A stretch of 64,000 nt of DNA, taken from NCBI GenBank assembly GCA_947462535.1, contig CANHPN010000008.1:4514-68513 (forward strand). Reading direction: 5' to 3'. The notes under the pieces were generated by a model. The model was not told the DNA's origin and ran no database searches. It worked only from the letters and a program-made list of their open reading frames with translations. Positions 36,622 to 46,615 of the stretch are shown here, one piece after another; positions within the stretch are counted from its first letter, which is position 1; the number at the start of each line of letters is the position of its first letter. This stretch comes from Akkermansiaceae bacterium (GTDB lineage: Bacteria; Verrucomicrobiota; Verrucomicrobiia; Verrucomicrobiales; Akkermansiaceae). Position numbers and translations under genes: made by a program.

Positions 36622-39600
36622 TTGACCCTCCTCGACAACATCACCAGCCTGCTCGGCGACGATCTGAAACGCACCGTCACCCCCGGCGCGAAGCTCAAGA
36701 TCGCCGCCTCGTGCTTTTCCATCTACGCCTACGAGGCGCTGAAGAAGGAGCTGGAGCAGATCGATTCCCTCGAATTCATCTTCACCTCGCCCACGTTCGT
36801 CCCGAACGACGTTTCCGACAAACTCCGCAAGGAGCATCGCGAGTTCCACATCCCTAAAATGGAGCGCGAGCGCAGCCTCTACGGCAGCGAATTCGAAGTC
36901 CGCCTGCGCAACGAGCTGACCCAAAAGGCCATCGCCAAGGAATGCGCCGAGTGGATGCGGAAAAAAGCCACCTTCCGCTCCAACAGAGGCCGCGCCCCGA
37001 TGCAGCAGTTTGCCTGCGCCAAAGGACTGGAAAACGAGAGCATTTACATGCCCCTTCACGGTTTCACCGCCGTGGACCTCGGTTACGAAAAGGGCAACGC
37101 TGTCTCCAACTTCGTCAACAAGTTCGACGAGCAGCCGATGACCGGCACCTGGCTCTCCCTCTTCGACCAGATCTGGAACGACCCCGATAAGCTCGAAGAC
37201 GTCACCGACCGTCTCTGCGACCACATCGCCTCGGTTTATCAGGAGAACTCGCCGCAGCGCATCTATTTCCTGATGCTCTACAACATTTTCAGCGAGTTTC
37301 TGGAGGACATTTCCGAAGACGTCCTGCCCAACGACCTCACCGGCTATCAGGACAGCCTGATCTGGCAGAAGCTCTTCAACTTCCAGCGCGATGCCGCCAC
37401 CGGCATCATCAACAAGCTGGAAACCTACAACGGCTGCATCCTCGCCGACAGCGTGGGCCTCGGCAAAACCTTCACCGCCCTCGCTGTCGTCAAATACTAC
37501 GAGTTGCGCAACCGCTCGGTCCTCGTCCTCTGCCCGAAAAAACTCGCGGACAACTGGCTGAACTACAACCGCAACTACGTCACCAACCTCTTCGCCAAGG
37601 ACCGCTTCAACTACGACGTCCTCTGCCACACCGACCTCCTCCGCACCCGCGGCGAGTCGCTCGGCACTGACCTTCGGAAGGTGAACTGGGGAAACTACGA
37701 CCTCGTCGTCATCGATGAATCCCACAACTTCCGCAACAACAACCCCGGCGAGGAGGAGCGCGAATCGCGCTACGCCCGGCTGATGAACAAGGTGGTGAGG
37801 GCCGGTGTGAAAACGAAGGTCCTCATGCTTTCCGCCACCCCGGTGAACAACCGCTTCACCGACCTCCGCAACCAGCTCGCCCTCGCCTACGAAGGCGAGC
37901 CGGACCAACTCCAATCGAAGCTCCGTTCGGAAAAGAACATCGACGAAATCTTCCGCCGCGCCCAGACCGCCTTCAACGCGTGGTCCACCCTGCCACCCGA
38001 GGAGCGCACGGCCACCGCCATTCTCAACGCGCTCGACTTCGATTTCTTCGAGCTGTTGGACAGCGTCACCATCGCCCGCTCGCGCCGCCACATCCAGACC
38101 TTCTACGACACCAAGGATATCGGCGAGTTCCCTGAACGCCTCAAGCCGCTCTCGTTCCACTGCCAGCTCACCCAGCGCGAGGATGTCATCGGCTTCAATG
38201 AAATTTTCAACCGCCTCAGGGCGCTGACCCTCGCCGTCTATGCGCCGCTCGCCTACGTCCATCCGAGCCGCCTGTCAAAATATCAGGACCTCTACGATCC
38301 CGATGGCGACGGACGCACCCGCAACCTCAGCCAGATCGGCCGCGAGGAAGGCATCCAGGCGTTGATGACCGTCAATCTCCTCAAGCGCCTCGAAAGCTCC
38401 GTGCATTCCTTCCGGCTCACGCTGGAGAGCCTCGAAGGAAACCATCAGCGCACCCTTGCGAAAATCGCCGTCTATCAGAAAACAGGCCGCGACGCCACTT
38501 TTGCCGATGTCGCCCCGGCCTTCGCCGAATACGAGCCGGAGGAGGACGATGAAATTCCCATCCCCGACAGCGAAACCATCGGCTCGAAAGTCCAGATCAG
38601 CCTTTCCGACATGGATCTCCCGCGCTGGAAACAGGAACTCGAAGCCGACCTAACGATCATCGGCAGCCTGCTCGATGAAATGCGGAAAGTCACACCGTCC
38701 GATGACGCGAAGCTCCAGCACCTGAAGACCACCGTCCTCAGCAAGCTCGCCTCGCCCATCAATCCGGGGAACAAGAAAGTCCTCATCTTCACCGCCTTCG
38801 CCGACACTGCGGATTACCTCTACGAGCACCTCGCGCCCTATTTCCTAGAAAACCAGAACCTGCACTCCGGCAAAGTCACCGGCTCTAACTCACCGAAATC
38901 CACCCTGCCGAAGAGCTACGATTTCCAATCCCTGCTCACGCTGTTCTCCCCGCGCTCCAAGGAAAAAGCCGCCATCCTGCCCCAGGAAACCGGCGAGATC
39001 GACATCCTCATCGGCACCGACTGCATTTCGGAAGGCCAGAACCTCCAGGACTGCGATTACCTGATCAATTACGACATCCACTGGAATCCGGTGAGGATCA
39101 TCCAGCGCTTCGGGCGGATCGACCGCATCGGCTCGCAGAACAAATTCATCCAGCTCGTCAACTACTGGCCGGACATCACGCTCGACGAATACATCAATCT
39201 CAAGGAGCGCGTCGAGGCCCGCATGATCATCGCCGACGTCACCGCCACCGGCGATGACAACCCGCTCGACTCGAAGTCCAACGATGTCTCCTACCGCCGC
39301 GAGCAACTTCGCCGGCTTCAGGATGAAGTCATCGATCTGGAGGATGTGAAAACCGGCATTTCCATCACCGATCTCGGCCTCAACGATTTCCGGATGGACC
39401 TTCTCAACCACGTGAAGGCCCATGGCGATCTATCGAATTTTCCCAACGGCATGCACGCCGTCGCTCCCGCCGCTCCCGAGCGCGGCCTCCCGCCCGGAGC
39501 CATCTTCGCCCTGCGGAACCGCAACGACGGCGTGAACATCAACCAGCAGAACCGTCTCCATCCCTACTACCTCGTTTACGTCGCGCAGGATGGACAAATC

Positions 39601-39903
39601 CTCGTCAACCACACCGAGCCCAAGCGCCTGCTGGATCTGGTTCGAGCCGCTTGCAAGGAGCGCGGCGAAGCGATTCCCGAAGCCTATCAGCCCTTCAACA
39701 AGGCGACGAAGGATGGCAGGAAAATGGAAACCTATTCCAATCTCCTCAACACCGCCATCCGCTCGATGATAGCGATCAAGGAGGGGAAGGACATCGACAG
39801 CCTCTTCACCGGGGGCCGCACCAGCGCCCTACTCAACACCATCACCGGCATCGAGGACTTCGAACTCATCGCCTTCCTCGTCGTCCAGGAGGTGACCTCA
39901 TGA
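36622..39903 (+). CDS. SNF2-family helicase with N-terminal PLD-like domain lacking an HKD motif
   Basis: ILADSVGLGKT, IDESHNFRN, LSATPVNN, EGQNLQDC, QRFGRIDRIG. TTG start at 36622 inferred (the ORF track starts at 36580). Confidence 0.88.
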   Translation: MTLLDNITSLLGDDLKRTVTPGAKLKIAASCFSIYAYEALKKELEQIDSLEFIFTSPTFVPNDVSDKLRKEHREFHIPKMERERSLYGSEFEVRLRNELTQKAIAKECAEWMRKKATFRSNRGRAPMQQFACAKGLENESIYMPLHGFTAVDLGYEKGNAVSNFVNKFDEQPMTGTWLSLFDQIWNDPDKLEDVTDRLCDHIASVYQENSPQRIYFLMLYNIFSEFLEDISEDVLPNDLTGYQDSLIWQKLFNFQRDAATGIINKLETYNGCILADSVGLGKTFTALAVVKYYELRNRSVLVLCPKKLADNWLNYNRNYVTNLFAKDRFNYDVLCHTDLLRTRGESLGTDLRKVNWGNYDLVVIDESHNFRNNNPGEEERESRYARLMNKVVRAGVKTKVLMLSATPVNNRFTDLRNQLALAYEGEPDQLQSKLRSEKNIDEIFRRAQTAFNAWSTLPPEERTATAILNALDFDFFELLDSVTIARSRRHIQTFYDTKDIGEFPERLKPLSFHCQLTQREDVIGFNEIFNRLRALTLAVYAPLAYVHPSRLSKYQDLYDPDGDGRTRNLSQIGREEGIQALMTVNLLKRLESSVHSFRLTLESLEGNHQRTLAKIAVYQKTGRDATFADVAPAFAEYEPEEDDEIPIPDSETIGSKVQISLSDMDLPRWKQELEADLTIIGSLLDEMRKVTPSDDAKLQHLKTTVLSKLASPINPGNKKVLIFTAFADTADYLYEHLAPYFLENQNLHSGKVTGSNSPKSTLPKSYDFQSLLTLFSPRSKEKAAILPQETGEIDILIGTDCISEGQNLQDCDYLINYDIHWNPVRIIQRFGRIDRIGSQNKFIQLVNYWPDITLDEYINLKERVEARMIIADVTATGDDNPLDSKSNDVSYRREQLRRLQDEVIDLEDVKTGISITDLGLNDFRMDLLNHVKAHGDLSNFPNGMHAVAPAAPERGLPPGAIFALRNRNDGVNINQQNRLHPYYLVYVAQDGQILVNHTEPKRLLDLVRAACKERGEAIPEAYQPFNKATKDGRKMETYSNLLNTAIRSMIAIKEGKDIDSLFTGGRTSALLNTITGIEDFELIAFLVVQEVTS

Positions 39904-39921
39904 GCGCTAGCAGCGCGAAAC

Positions 39922-40015
39922 GTGGCTGCGGCGTCTCGCCGCAGGCCGTGCTGGGAGCGTCTCGCTCCCAGTCTTCGGGCGTAAGCCCCAAGGAGCGGCG
40001 ATCTCCAAACCGCCG
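39922..40015 (+). repeat. Cluster of three REP-like hairpins
   Basis: GTGG-CTGCGG-CGTCTCG-CCGCAG; GTG-CTGGGAG-CGTCTCG-CTCCCAG; GGAG-CGGCG-ATCTCCAAAC-CGCCG. Confidence 0.75.
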
Positions 40016-40141
40016 AAGCCCATGGGTAGCCGATGAAAAGCGCTTTGCTCACCTCATCGTCACCTCATGGACCAAGGCGGATCGGAGTCCGCCTCTCCTT
40101 GATGTGTCATCACTCCAACATGCTACTGCCTAACACCACGC

Positions 40142-40957
40142 ATGTTTTTCTACCCTCCCCAGACCCTGTTCAACCGCGTGCTCCCCAAGAGCAAGATCTA
40201 CGCGCATGCCAAGCCGGGCCGGGCCGTAAAGGAGCTCTTCGTCTCCCGCATCGGCGAGATCGTCTGGAAACACAAACTTTCGCCGGAAACGCTCAAGCTT
40301 CCCGCCCGCCGCGGCATCACGGAAATCCAAGTCTTCGAGATCGCTCTGAAATCCGAAGAATGCGAGGCCGTCCTGCTTCGGACGATCGACAAGGCGATCC
40401 CGTTTCCCATCCTCTTCCAACTCACCCACGCCGACCGCATCCGCTTCGCCGCCTCTTTCAAGCGCCCCAGCGATGCCGATGCCAGCCAATGGGTGATCGA
40501 GGCCTCCTTCCTCTCTGAATGGTTTCATCATTCATCCTTCATACTTCATCCTTTGCCCGTCGCCCTCGATCTGGCAGCGCTCTACGACCAGCTCATCCGC
40601 CGCCACATATCGCTGGCATCGCGTCTCGGTGAATCCATCCGCGACCACGTCGCCCGCCATCTTTCCATCGAGGCGAAACAACGCGAAGCCCAACAACTGG
40701 AGAGCCGACTCGCCAAGGAAAAACAGTTCAACCGCAAGGTGGAATTGAACGCCCAGCTCCGCGCTCTCCGACAGCAGATCCTCGATCTGGATGGGGAGCG
40801 CACGCGCCCTCGCGTGCAGTCTCCGGCGCCCTCGCCGGAGACATGCGTCGATGAATCACCGGAGCTTTCCCCGCCATCCAGACCACCGTGCCGCGAGGGC
40901 GCGACCCGGAACACGCGAGGGCGCGTGTGCTCCCCAAATCAAGAATCCCACCCATGA
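40142..40957 (+). CDS. DUF4391 protein, C-terminally extended through a repeat element
   Basis: FNRVLPKSKIY, I.WKHKL, EIQVFEI, IDKAIPFPILF, EKQFNRKVELN. Confidence 0.82.
   Translation: MFFYPPQTLFNRVLPKSKIYAHAKPGRAVKELFVSRIGEIVWKHKLSPETLKLPARRGITEIQVFEIALKSEECEAVLLRTIDKAIPFPILFQLTHADRIRFAASFKRPSDADASQWVIEASFLSEWFHHSSFILHPLPVALDLAALYDQLIRRHISLASRLGESIRDHVARHLSIEAKQREAQQLESRLAKEKQFNRKVELNAQLRALRQQILDLDGERTRPRVQSPAPSPETCVDESPELSPPSRPPCREGATRNTRGRVCSPNQESHP
40793..40935. mobile_element. 143-bp MITE/REPIN-like element with 24-bp terminal inverted repeats
   Basis: ggggagcgcacgcgccctcgcgtg (40793-40816) versus cacgcgagggcgcgtgtgctcccc (40912-40935), 1 mismatch; internal hairpin gtctccggcg-ccct-cgccggagac. 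Confidence 0.8.
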
Positions 40958-42843
40958 CCAAACTCAAACTCCACACCCCGGACCTCACCGCCGGGAACGT
41001 CGAACGCATCGCCGCGCTGTTTCCTAACTGCGTCACCGAAGCGACGGATGAAACGGGGAAGCTCAAACGCGCCATCGACTTCGATCTACTTAAACAGGAG
41101 CTCTCCGCCGATCTCGTCGAAGGCCCGCAGGAACGCTACCGCCTCGACTGGCCCGGCAAGCGCGAGTCGCTCGCCCTCGCCAACACGCCCGTCGCCCTGA
41201 CGCTGCGTCCGTGCCGCGAGGAGTCGGTGGATTTCGAGAACACCAAAAACCTCTACATCGAGGGCGACAACCTCGACGCACTCAAACTCCTCCAGGAAAC
41301 CTACCTCGGGAAGGTGAAGATGATCTACATCGACCCGCCCTACAACACCGGCAACGACTTCATCTACGATGATGACTTTTCAATGAGTCGTAGCGCATAC
41401 CAAGAAAGATCAGGTGAAGTGGACGAAGACGGTCGAGCCCTTTTTGATGAGGAAAGGTGGAAGCAGAATAACTCCAGCAATGGCCGCTTTCATTCTGACT
41501 GGCTGTCAATGATGTATCCAAGGTTGAAACTGGCGCGAAATTTACTCAGAGACGACGGAGTGATCTTTATTTCTATTGATGATAGCGAAGTGCACAATCT
41601 GCGTCGAATCTGCGATGAAATCTTTGGAGCGCAAAACTTTGTCGCAAATATTGTATGGCAAAAGGTTTTTGCTCCCAAGAATTCCGCAAAATGGTTATCA
41701 GAAGATCACGATCATATTCTGCTTTATGCTCGTTTGAAGGACGAATGGCGTCCCGTTTCTTTGCCTCAAACCGAAGAGATGCTGGCACGCTACAAGAATC
41801 CTGACGCTGATCCACGTGGCGACTGGAAATCTGACGATTTGACCGCGAGGAATCGCTATGACGCCGGCTTATACGCTGTTACCTGTCCTTCTGGACGCAT
41901 TATTGATGGGCCTCCACGTGGGAGATATTGGGTAATTAGCGAGCCTTCTTTTCGGCGATTAGATTCCGAAAATAGAATATGGTGGGGTGAGGATGGTAAT
42001 AATATGCCGCGTCTCAAACGATTCTTATCGGAAGTTAAAGCTGGTAAAACCCCGCAAACGATTTGGCCATGGAACGAGGTTGGTCACACGCAGGATGCCA
42101 AAAAGGAGCTTCTTAAGTATGTGCCTTTTGAAAACACCGAGAATGTCCTGAATTCGGTTAAGCCTATTGCTCTTATCAGGAGAATGCTGCAACTTGCCAC
42201 GAACCATTCAGACAATTGTTTAGTTCTCGATTTCTTTAGTGGAAGCGCCTCAACCGCCCATGCTGTAGTGGCGATGAATGCGGAGGATCATGGTAATCGT
42301 CGCTTTATAGCTGTCCAGATCAACGAGCCGCTGCCGACTGCTGAAACAGGGATTAAAACGATATTTGATATTGGTGCAATGCGTCTTCGAACTCTTCGCG
42401 CCGAATACGCTGAGGGCACAAGAAATCACATGCCCGACATCGGCTTCCGCGTGCTCAAGATCGACAGCTCGAATTTCGCGGACATCCACCGCACGCCGGA
42501 CGAGTTGAACCAGAAGGAACTGGCCTTGCACACCGAGCATATCAAGCCGGAGCGCACGCCGGAGGATTTGTTATTCCAAGTGCTGGTCGATTGGGGCGTG
42601 GATCTTGCGTTGCCGATCACCGAGGAAGTCATCGATGGACAGCAGGTCTTCTTCGTCGATGGCAATGCACTCGCCGCGTGTTTCGACACCGGCCTGACGG
42701 ACGAGTTGATCAAGGCCATCGCCGCCCGCCAGCCGTTGCGCGCCGTTTTCCGCGACGAGAGCTACGGCGATGACAGCACCCGCATCAACGTCGGCCAGTT
42801 GTTCAAACTCCTGAGCCCGAACACCGAACTGAAGTCGCTGTAA
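40954..42843 (+). CDS. mod: Type III R-M methyltransferase (Mod)
   Basis: IEGDNLDALKLL, IYIDPPYNTG, HSDWLSMMYPRL, VLDFFSGSASTAHAV. Confidence 0.93.
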   Translation: MTKLKLHTPDLTAGNVERIAALFPNCVTEATDETGKLKRAIDFDLLKQELSADLVEGPQERYRLDWPGKRESLALANTPVALTLRPCREESVDFENTKNLYIEGDNLDALKLLQETYLGKVKMIYIDPPYNTGNDFIYDDDFSMSRSAYQERSGEVDEDGRALFDEERWKQNNSSNGRFHSDWLSMMYPRLKLARNLLRDDGVIFISIDDSEVHNLRRICDEIFGAQNFVANIVWQKVFAPKNSAKWLSEDHDHILLYARLKDEWRPVSLPQTEEMLARYKNPDADPRGDWKSDDLTARNRYDAGLYAVTCPSGRIIDGPPRGRYWVISEPSFRRLDSENRIWWGEDGNNMPRLKRFLSEVKAGKTPQTIWPWNEVGHTQDAKKELLKYVPFENTENVLNSVKPIALIRRMLQLATNHSDNCLVLDFFSGSASTAHAVVAMNAEDHGNRRFIAVQINEPLPTAETGIKTIFDIGAMRLRTLRAEYAEGTRNHMPDIGFRVLKIDSSNFADIHRTPDELNQKELALHTEHIKPERTPEDLLFQVLVDWGVDLALPITEEVIDGQQVFFVDGNALAACFDTGLTDELIKAIAARQPLRAVFRDESYGDDSTRINVGQLFKLLSPNTELKSL

Positions 42844-42888
42844 ACGTTCCACCTTGCCAAGCGCCCACATTCCTGTATTTGTGGGTGT

Positions 42889-43128
42889 ATGAAAACAACC
42901 ATTGACCTGCCCGACGACGTGTTTTTGAAAGCCAAGATTCTCGCAGCCGAGCGCAGCATGACGTTTAAGGATGTTGTGGTCCAAGGTCTGAAACTCGTCA
43001 CCGAAACGCCTCCTGAAGCCGACCAGAAGAAACGAAAGGCGGCGCTCAAGAGTCTCCTCAAAGCCATGCAGGCGAGCAATACCGAACCGATGGTTCCTCT
43101 GAAACGGGAGGAGATTTATGACCGCTGA
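42889..43128 (+). CDS. Antitoxin (RHH-like)
   Basis: MKTTIDLPDD..; overlaps the PIN gene; upstream inverted repeat cccaca/tgtggg at 42864-42885. Confidence 0.8.
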   Translation: MKTTIDLPDDVFLKAKILAAERSMTFKDVVVQGLKLVTETPPEADQKKRKAALKSLLKAMQASNTEPMVPLKREEIYDR

Positions 43129-43531
43129 GGTGTTTTTGGATTCCAACGTGCTGCTCTATTCCTGTTCGGCGGCACCGGATGATGCCCGCAAACGTCAGGT
43201 GGCAGAGGATCTCATCCTGAACCGCCCGTTCGCGATCTCCGCCCAAGTGCTTCAGGAGTTCATCGCCAACGCGCTTCGCAAGCCACGACTCGGCATCACG
43301 GAATCCAACATCGACGCCACCCTCCAACTTGCGGCCATGGTGCGGGTGCAGCCGGTGACCCATGAGCTGGTCGTTTCCTCAGTAATGCTCCGCCGGCGTT
43401 TTCAGTTGTCGCAGTGGGATGCGACGATCATTGCCGCTGCGGCGGAACTCGGCTGCAAGACCGTTTATTCGGAGGACATGAATGACGGACAGGACTATGC
43501 GGGTGTCCGGGTGGTAAATCCCTTCAAGTAA
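43118..43531 (+). CDS. PIN-domain (VapC-like) toxin
   Basis: VFLDSNVLLY, SAQVLQEF, WDATIIAAA, YSEDM. Confidence 0.9.
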   Translation: MTAEVFLDSNVLLYSCSAAPDDARKRQVAEDLILNRPFAISAQVLQEFIANALRKPRLGITESNIDATLQLAAMVRVQPVTHELVVSSVMLRRRFQLSQWDATIIAAAAELGCKTVYSEDMNDGQDYAGVRVVNPFK

Positions 43532-43549
43532 CTGCGACGACCCGACCTC

Positions 43550-46500
43550 ATGAAACTCAAATTCAAGCACCAAGCCTATCAGGCGGACGCCGTAAAGGCG
43601 GTTGTGGATTGTTTCCAAGGCCAACCGAAATCCAGCGGCCTGAAATACGCCGTCGATCCGGGTGCGGCTCACCCCGCAGGTTTTGTCGCGCTGCCCGGCA
43701 CCGAGGTGGAAGGTTTCGCGAACGCGTCGCTCTCGATTTCCCCGGCGGCCATCCTCAAGAACCTCCAGGAGATCCAGCGCGAGCAGAAGATCCCCGTTTC
43801 TGAGAGTCTCAAGGTCACGGACGTTTCCAAGCTGAACTTCGACATCGAGATGGAGACCGGCACGGGCAAGACCTACTGCTACATCAAGACGATGTTCGAG
43901 CTGAACGCCAAATACGGCTGGAGCAAGTTCATCGTCGTGGTGCCAAGCATCGCCATCCGCGAAGGCGTCTCGAAATCCTTCGAGGTGATGGCCGAGCATT
44001 TCCTCGAACAATACGGCAAGCGCGCCCGCCCGTTCATCTACAACTCCAAGCAGCTCCACCAATTGGAAAGCTTTTCCTCGGACGCGGGGATCAACGTGAT
44101 GATCATCAACCAGCAGGCCTTCGCCACCCGTGGTGAGGATTCGCGCCGGATCTATCTGGAGCTCGATGATTTCCAGTCGCGCAAGCCGATCGATGTCATC
44201 CGCAAGAATCGCCCCATTCTGATTCTCGACGAGCCGCAGAAGTTGGAAGGCGCTGCCACGGTCACCAAGCTCAAGGAGTTCGATCCGCTGATGATCCTGC
44301 GCTACTCCGCCACGCACAAGACGGAGCACAACAAGGTCTATCGACTCGACGCGCTGGACGCCTACAACCAGAAGTTGGTGAAAAAGATCGCCGTGCGCGG
44401 CATCGCGGCGAGAGGACTCGCGGGCACCAATGCCTATGTTTACCTCGACTCGATTCGGATCTCGCCAAACAAACCGCCGGAAGCGGTGGTCGAGTTCGAG
44501 GTGATGCAGGGCACCGGCATCAAGCGGGTGCGGAAGATCCTCGGCAAGGGCGATGACTTGCACGCGCTTTCGGGAAACCTCGAACAATATCGCGACGGCT
44601 ACGTCGTTTCCGAGATCAACGCGAACGACGAGATCGTGATGTTCACCAACGGCCTCGTGCTGTGCGCACGGAAGGCGCTGGGTGACGTGAACGAATCCCT
44701 GCTGCGCCGCATCCAGATCCGCGAGGCGGTGAAGGCGCACTTCGAGAAGGAGCAGCGTTTGTTTTCCAAAGGCATCAAGGTGCTCAGCCTGTTCTTCATC
44801 GATGAGGTGGCGAAATACCGCCAATACACGCCGGACGGCCATGACCCCGGTGAGTATGCGAAGATTTTCGAAGAGGAATACGATCTGCGCCTCAACGAGG
44901 TGCTGACCATCGAGGACACGCCGTATAACAACTACCTCAAGGCGATCCGGACCTCGGTCACGCACGATGGCTATTTCTCGCAGGACAAGAAGACGAGGCG
45001 TTTCGTCGATTCCAAATCGGCTGCCAGAGGCGAGACCGCCGGCGAGGCGGACGATGTGGACGCCTACGATCTGATCCTGAAGGACAAGGAGACGCTGTTG
45101 TCGTTTCCCGGGCCGAACGATGACGATCGAACCCACCTGAAGAAGCAGGTGCGCTTCATCTTTTCCCACTCCGCCCTGCGCGAGGGATGGGACAATCCGA
45201 ACGTGTTTGTCATTTGCGCGCTAAAGCACAGCGACAACACGGTGACGCGCCGCCAGGAAGTGGGCCGCGGCATGCGGCTGGCAGTGGATTCCAACGGCGA
45301 GCGCGTCGATGATCCGGCCATCGTCCATCAGGTGAACGTGCTGACCGTGGTGGCGAGCGAGAGCTACAAGGACTTCGTTGCGGGGCTCCAGTCGGACATC
45401 AGCAAATCCATTTCCTCCCGCCCGCGTGAGGCCAATGCCGGATACTTCAATGGCAAGCTGCTCAAGACGGAAACGGGTGAGGTTGAGGTCACGGCAAAAC
45501 TCGCGAAGCAGATCGAATTCTATCTGATCGAGAACCGCTACGTGGATTTCGACCACCACATCACCACCGCCTATCACGAAGCGAAGGAGAAAGGCGAACT
45601 CGCAAAACTGCCGCCCGAGCTGGAACCACTCAAGGAACCGGTGTTTGCATTGATCGACAGCGTCTTCAGCGATGCCGACATCCCGCAGCCGGAAAATGAA
45701 TTCACGCTCAAGGAGAACCGGCTGAATGCGAACTTTGAAAAGAAGGAGTTCCAAGAGCTGTGGCACAAGATTAACCACAAGGCGGTCTATTCCGTGCACT
45801 TCGATTCCGAGGAACTCATCGCGAAGAGCATCAAGACCATCGACAAGGAGCTGAACATCGCGCCGCTGCAATATGTCGTCACCGCCGGTGAACAAAGGGA
45901 CGAGACGAGTTATGAAGAACTCCAGCAGGGTGAGGGATTCGTCTTGAGGGAGAACCGCACCGAGCAACTCGCGACTTCCGTGCTCTCGGTGGTGAAATAT
46001 GATCTCATCGGCAAGATCGCCGAAGCCACGGTGCTCACCCGGAGCACCGTTTCACGCATTCTATCCGGCATCAACGTCGCCGTCTTCGGCCAATACAAGC
46101 GAAACCCGGAGGATTTCATCCTGAAGGCCGGCAAGCTGATCAACGAACAGAAAGCGACGGTGATCGTCGAGCATCTGGAATACGACACCACCACCGGTGT
46201 CCACGAAACGCCCGATATCTTCACCCAGCGCAAGGAAGACCTCGGCAAGGGATTCAAGGCGGAGCATCACATTTATGATTACGTTTTCACCGATTCGACG
46301 ATCGAGCGGAACTTCGTCGGCGAGCTCGACGCCAGCGCGGAAGTGGTCGTTTACGCCAAGCTGCCAAAGACCTTTTTCATCCCCACGCCGGTCGGTAATT
46401 ACAACCCGGATTGGGCCATCGCCTTCAAACAGGACAAGGTGAAACACATCTACTTCATCGCCGAAACCAAGGGTGACATGTCGTCGATGCAGCTCCGCAA

Positions 46501-46615
46501 GATCGAGGCTTCCAAGATCGAATGCGCCCGCAAGTTCTTCGCGAAGATCACGAACGAGCAGGTCCGCTACGAGGTCGTGGACGGATACGGGAAGCTGATG
46601 GAGCTGGTGAAATGA
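43550..46615 (+). CDS. res: Type III restriction endonuclease (Res)
   Basis: EMETGTGKTY, ILDEPQ, LRYSATH, LREGWDNPNV, QEVGRGMRL, YNPDWAIAF...ETKG. Confidence 0.94.
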   Translation: MKLKFKHQAYQADAVKAVVDCFQGQPKSSGLKYAVDPGAAHPAGFVALPGTEVEGFANASLSISPAAILKNLQEIQREQKIPVSESLKVTDVSKLNFDIEMETGTGKTYCYIKTMFELNAKYGWSKFIVVVPSIAIREGVSKSFEVMAEHFLEQYGKRARPFIYNSKQLHQLESFSSDAGINVMIINQQAFATRGEDSRRIYLELDDFQSRKPIDVIRKNRPILILDEPQKLEGAATVTKLKEFDPLMILRYSATHKTEHNKVYRLDALDAYNQKLVKKIAVRGIAARGLAGTNAYVYLDSIRISPNKPPEAVVEFEVMQGTGIKRVRKILGKGDDLHALSGNLEQYRDGYVVSEINANDEIVMFTNGLVLCARKALGDVNESLLRRIQIREAVKAHFEKEQRLFSKGIKVLSLFFIDEVAKYRQYTPDGHDPGEYAKIFEEEYDLRLNEVLTIEDTPYNNYLKAIRTSVTHDGYFSQDKKTRRFVDSKSAARGETAGEADDVDAYDLILKDKETLLSFPGPNDDDRTHLKKQVRFIFSHSALREGWDNPNVFVICALKHSDNTVTRRQEVGRGMRLAVDSNGERVDDPAIVHQVNVLTVVASESYKDFVAGLQSDISKSISSRPREANAGYFNGKLLKTETGEVEVTAKLAKQIEFYLIENRYVDFDHHITTAYHEAKEKGELAKLPPELEPLKEPVFALIDSVFSDADIPQPENEFTLKENRLNANFEKKEFQELWHKINHKAVYSVHFDSEELIAKSIKTIDKELNIAPLQYVVTAGEQRDETSYEELQQGEGFVLRENRTEQLATSVLSVVKYDLIGKIAEATVLTRSTVSRILSGINVAVFGQYKRNPEDFILKAGKLINEQKATVIVEHLEYDTTTGVHETPDIFTQRKEDLGKGFKAEHHIYDYVFTDSTIERNFVGELDASAEVVVYAKLPKTFFIPTPVGNYNPDWAIAFKQDKVKHIYFIAETKGDMSSMQLRKIEASKIECARKFFAKITNEQVRYEVVDGYGKLMELVK

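Noticed and set aside
40016-40133. Reading FAHLIVTSWTKADRSP next to the REP cluster as a RAYT transposase fragment
   Set aside because: No HUH motif or catalytic Tyr region; the similarity is too vague
40954-42843. Phase-variable mod (phasevarion)
   Set aside because: No simple-sequence repeat tract seen in mod or its upstream region
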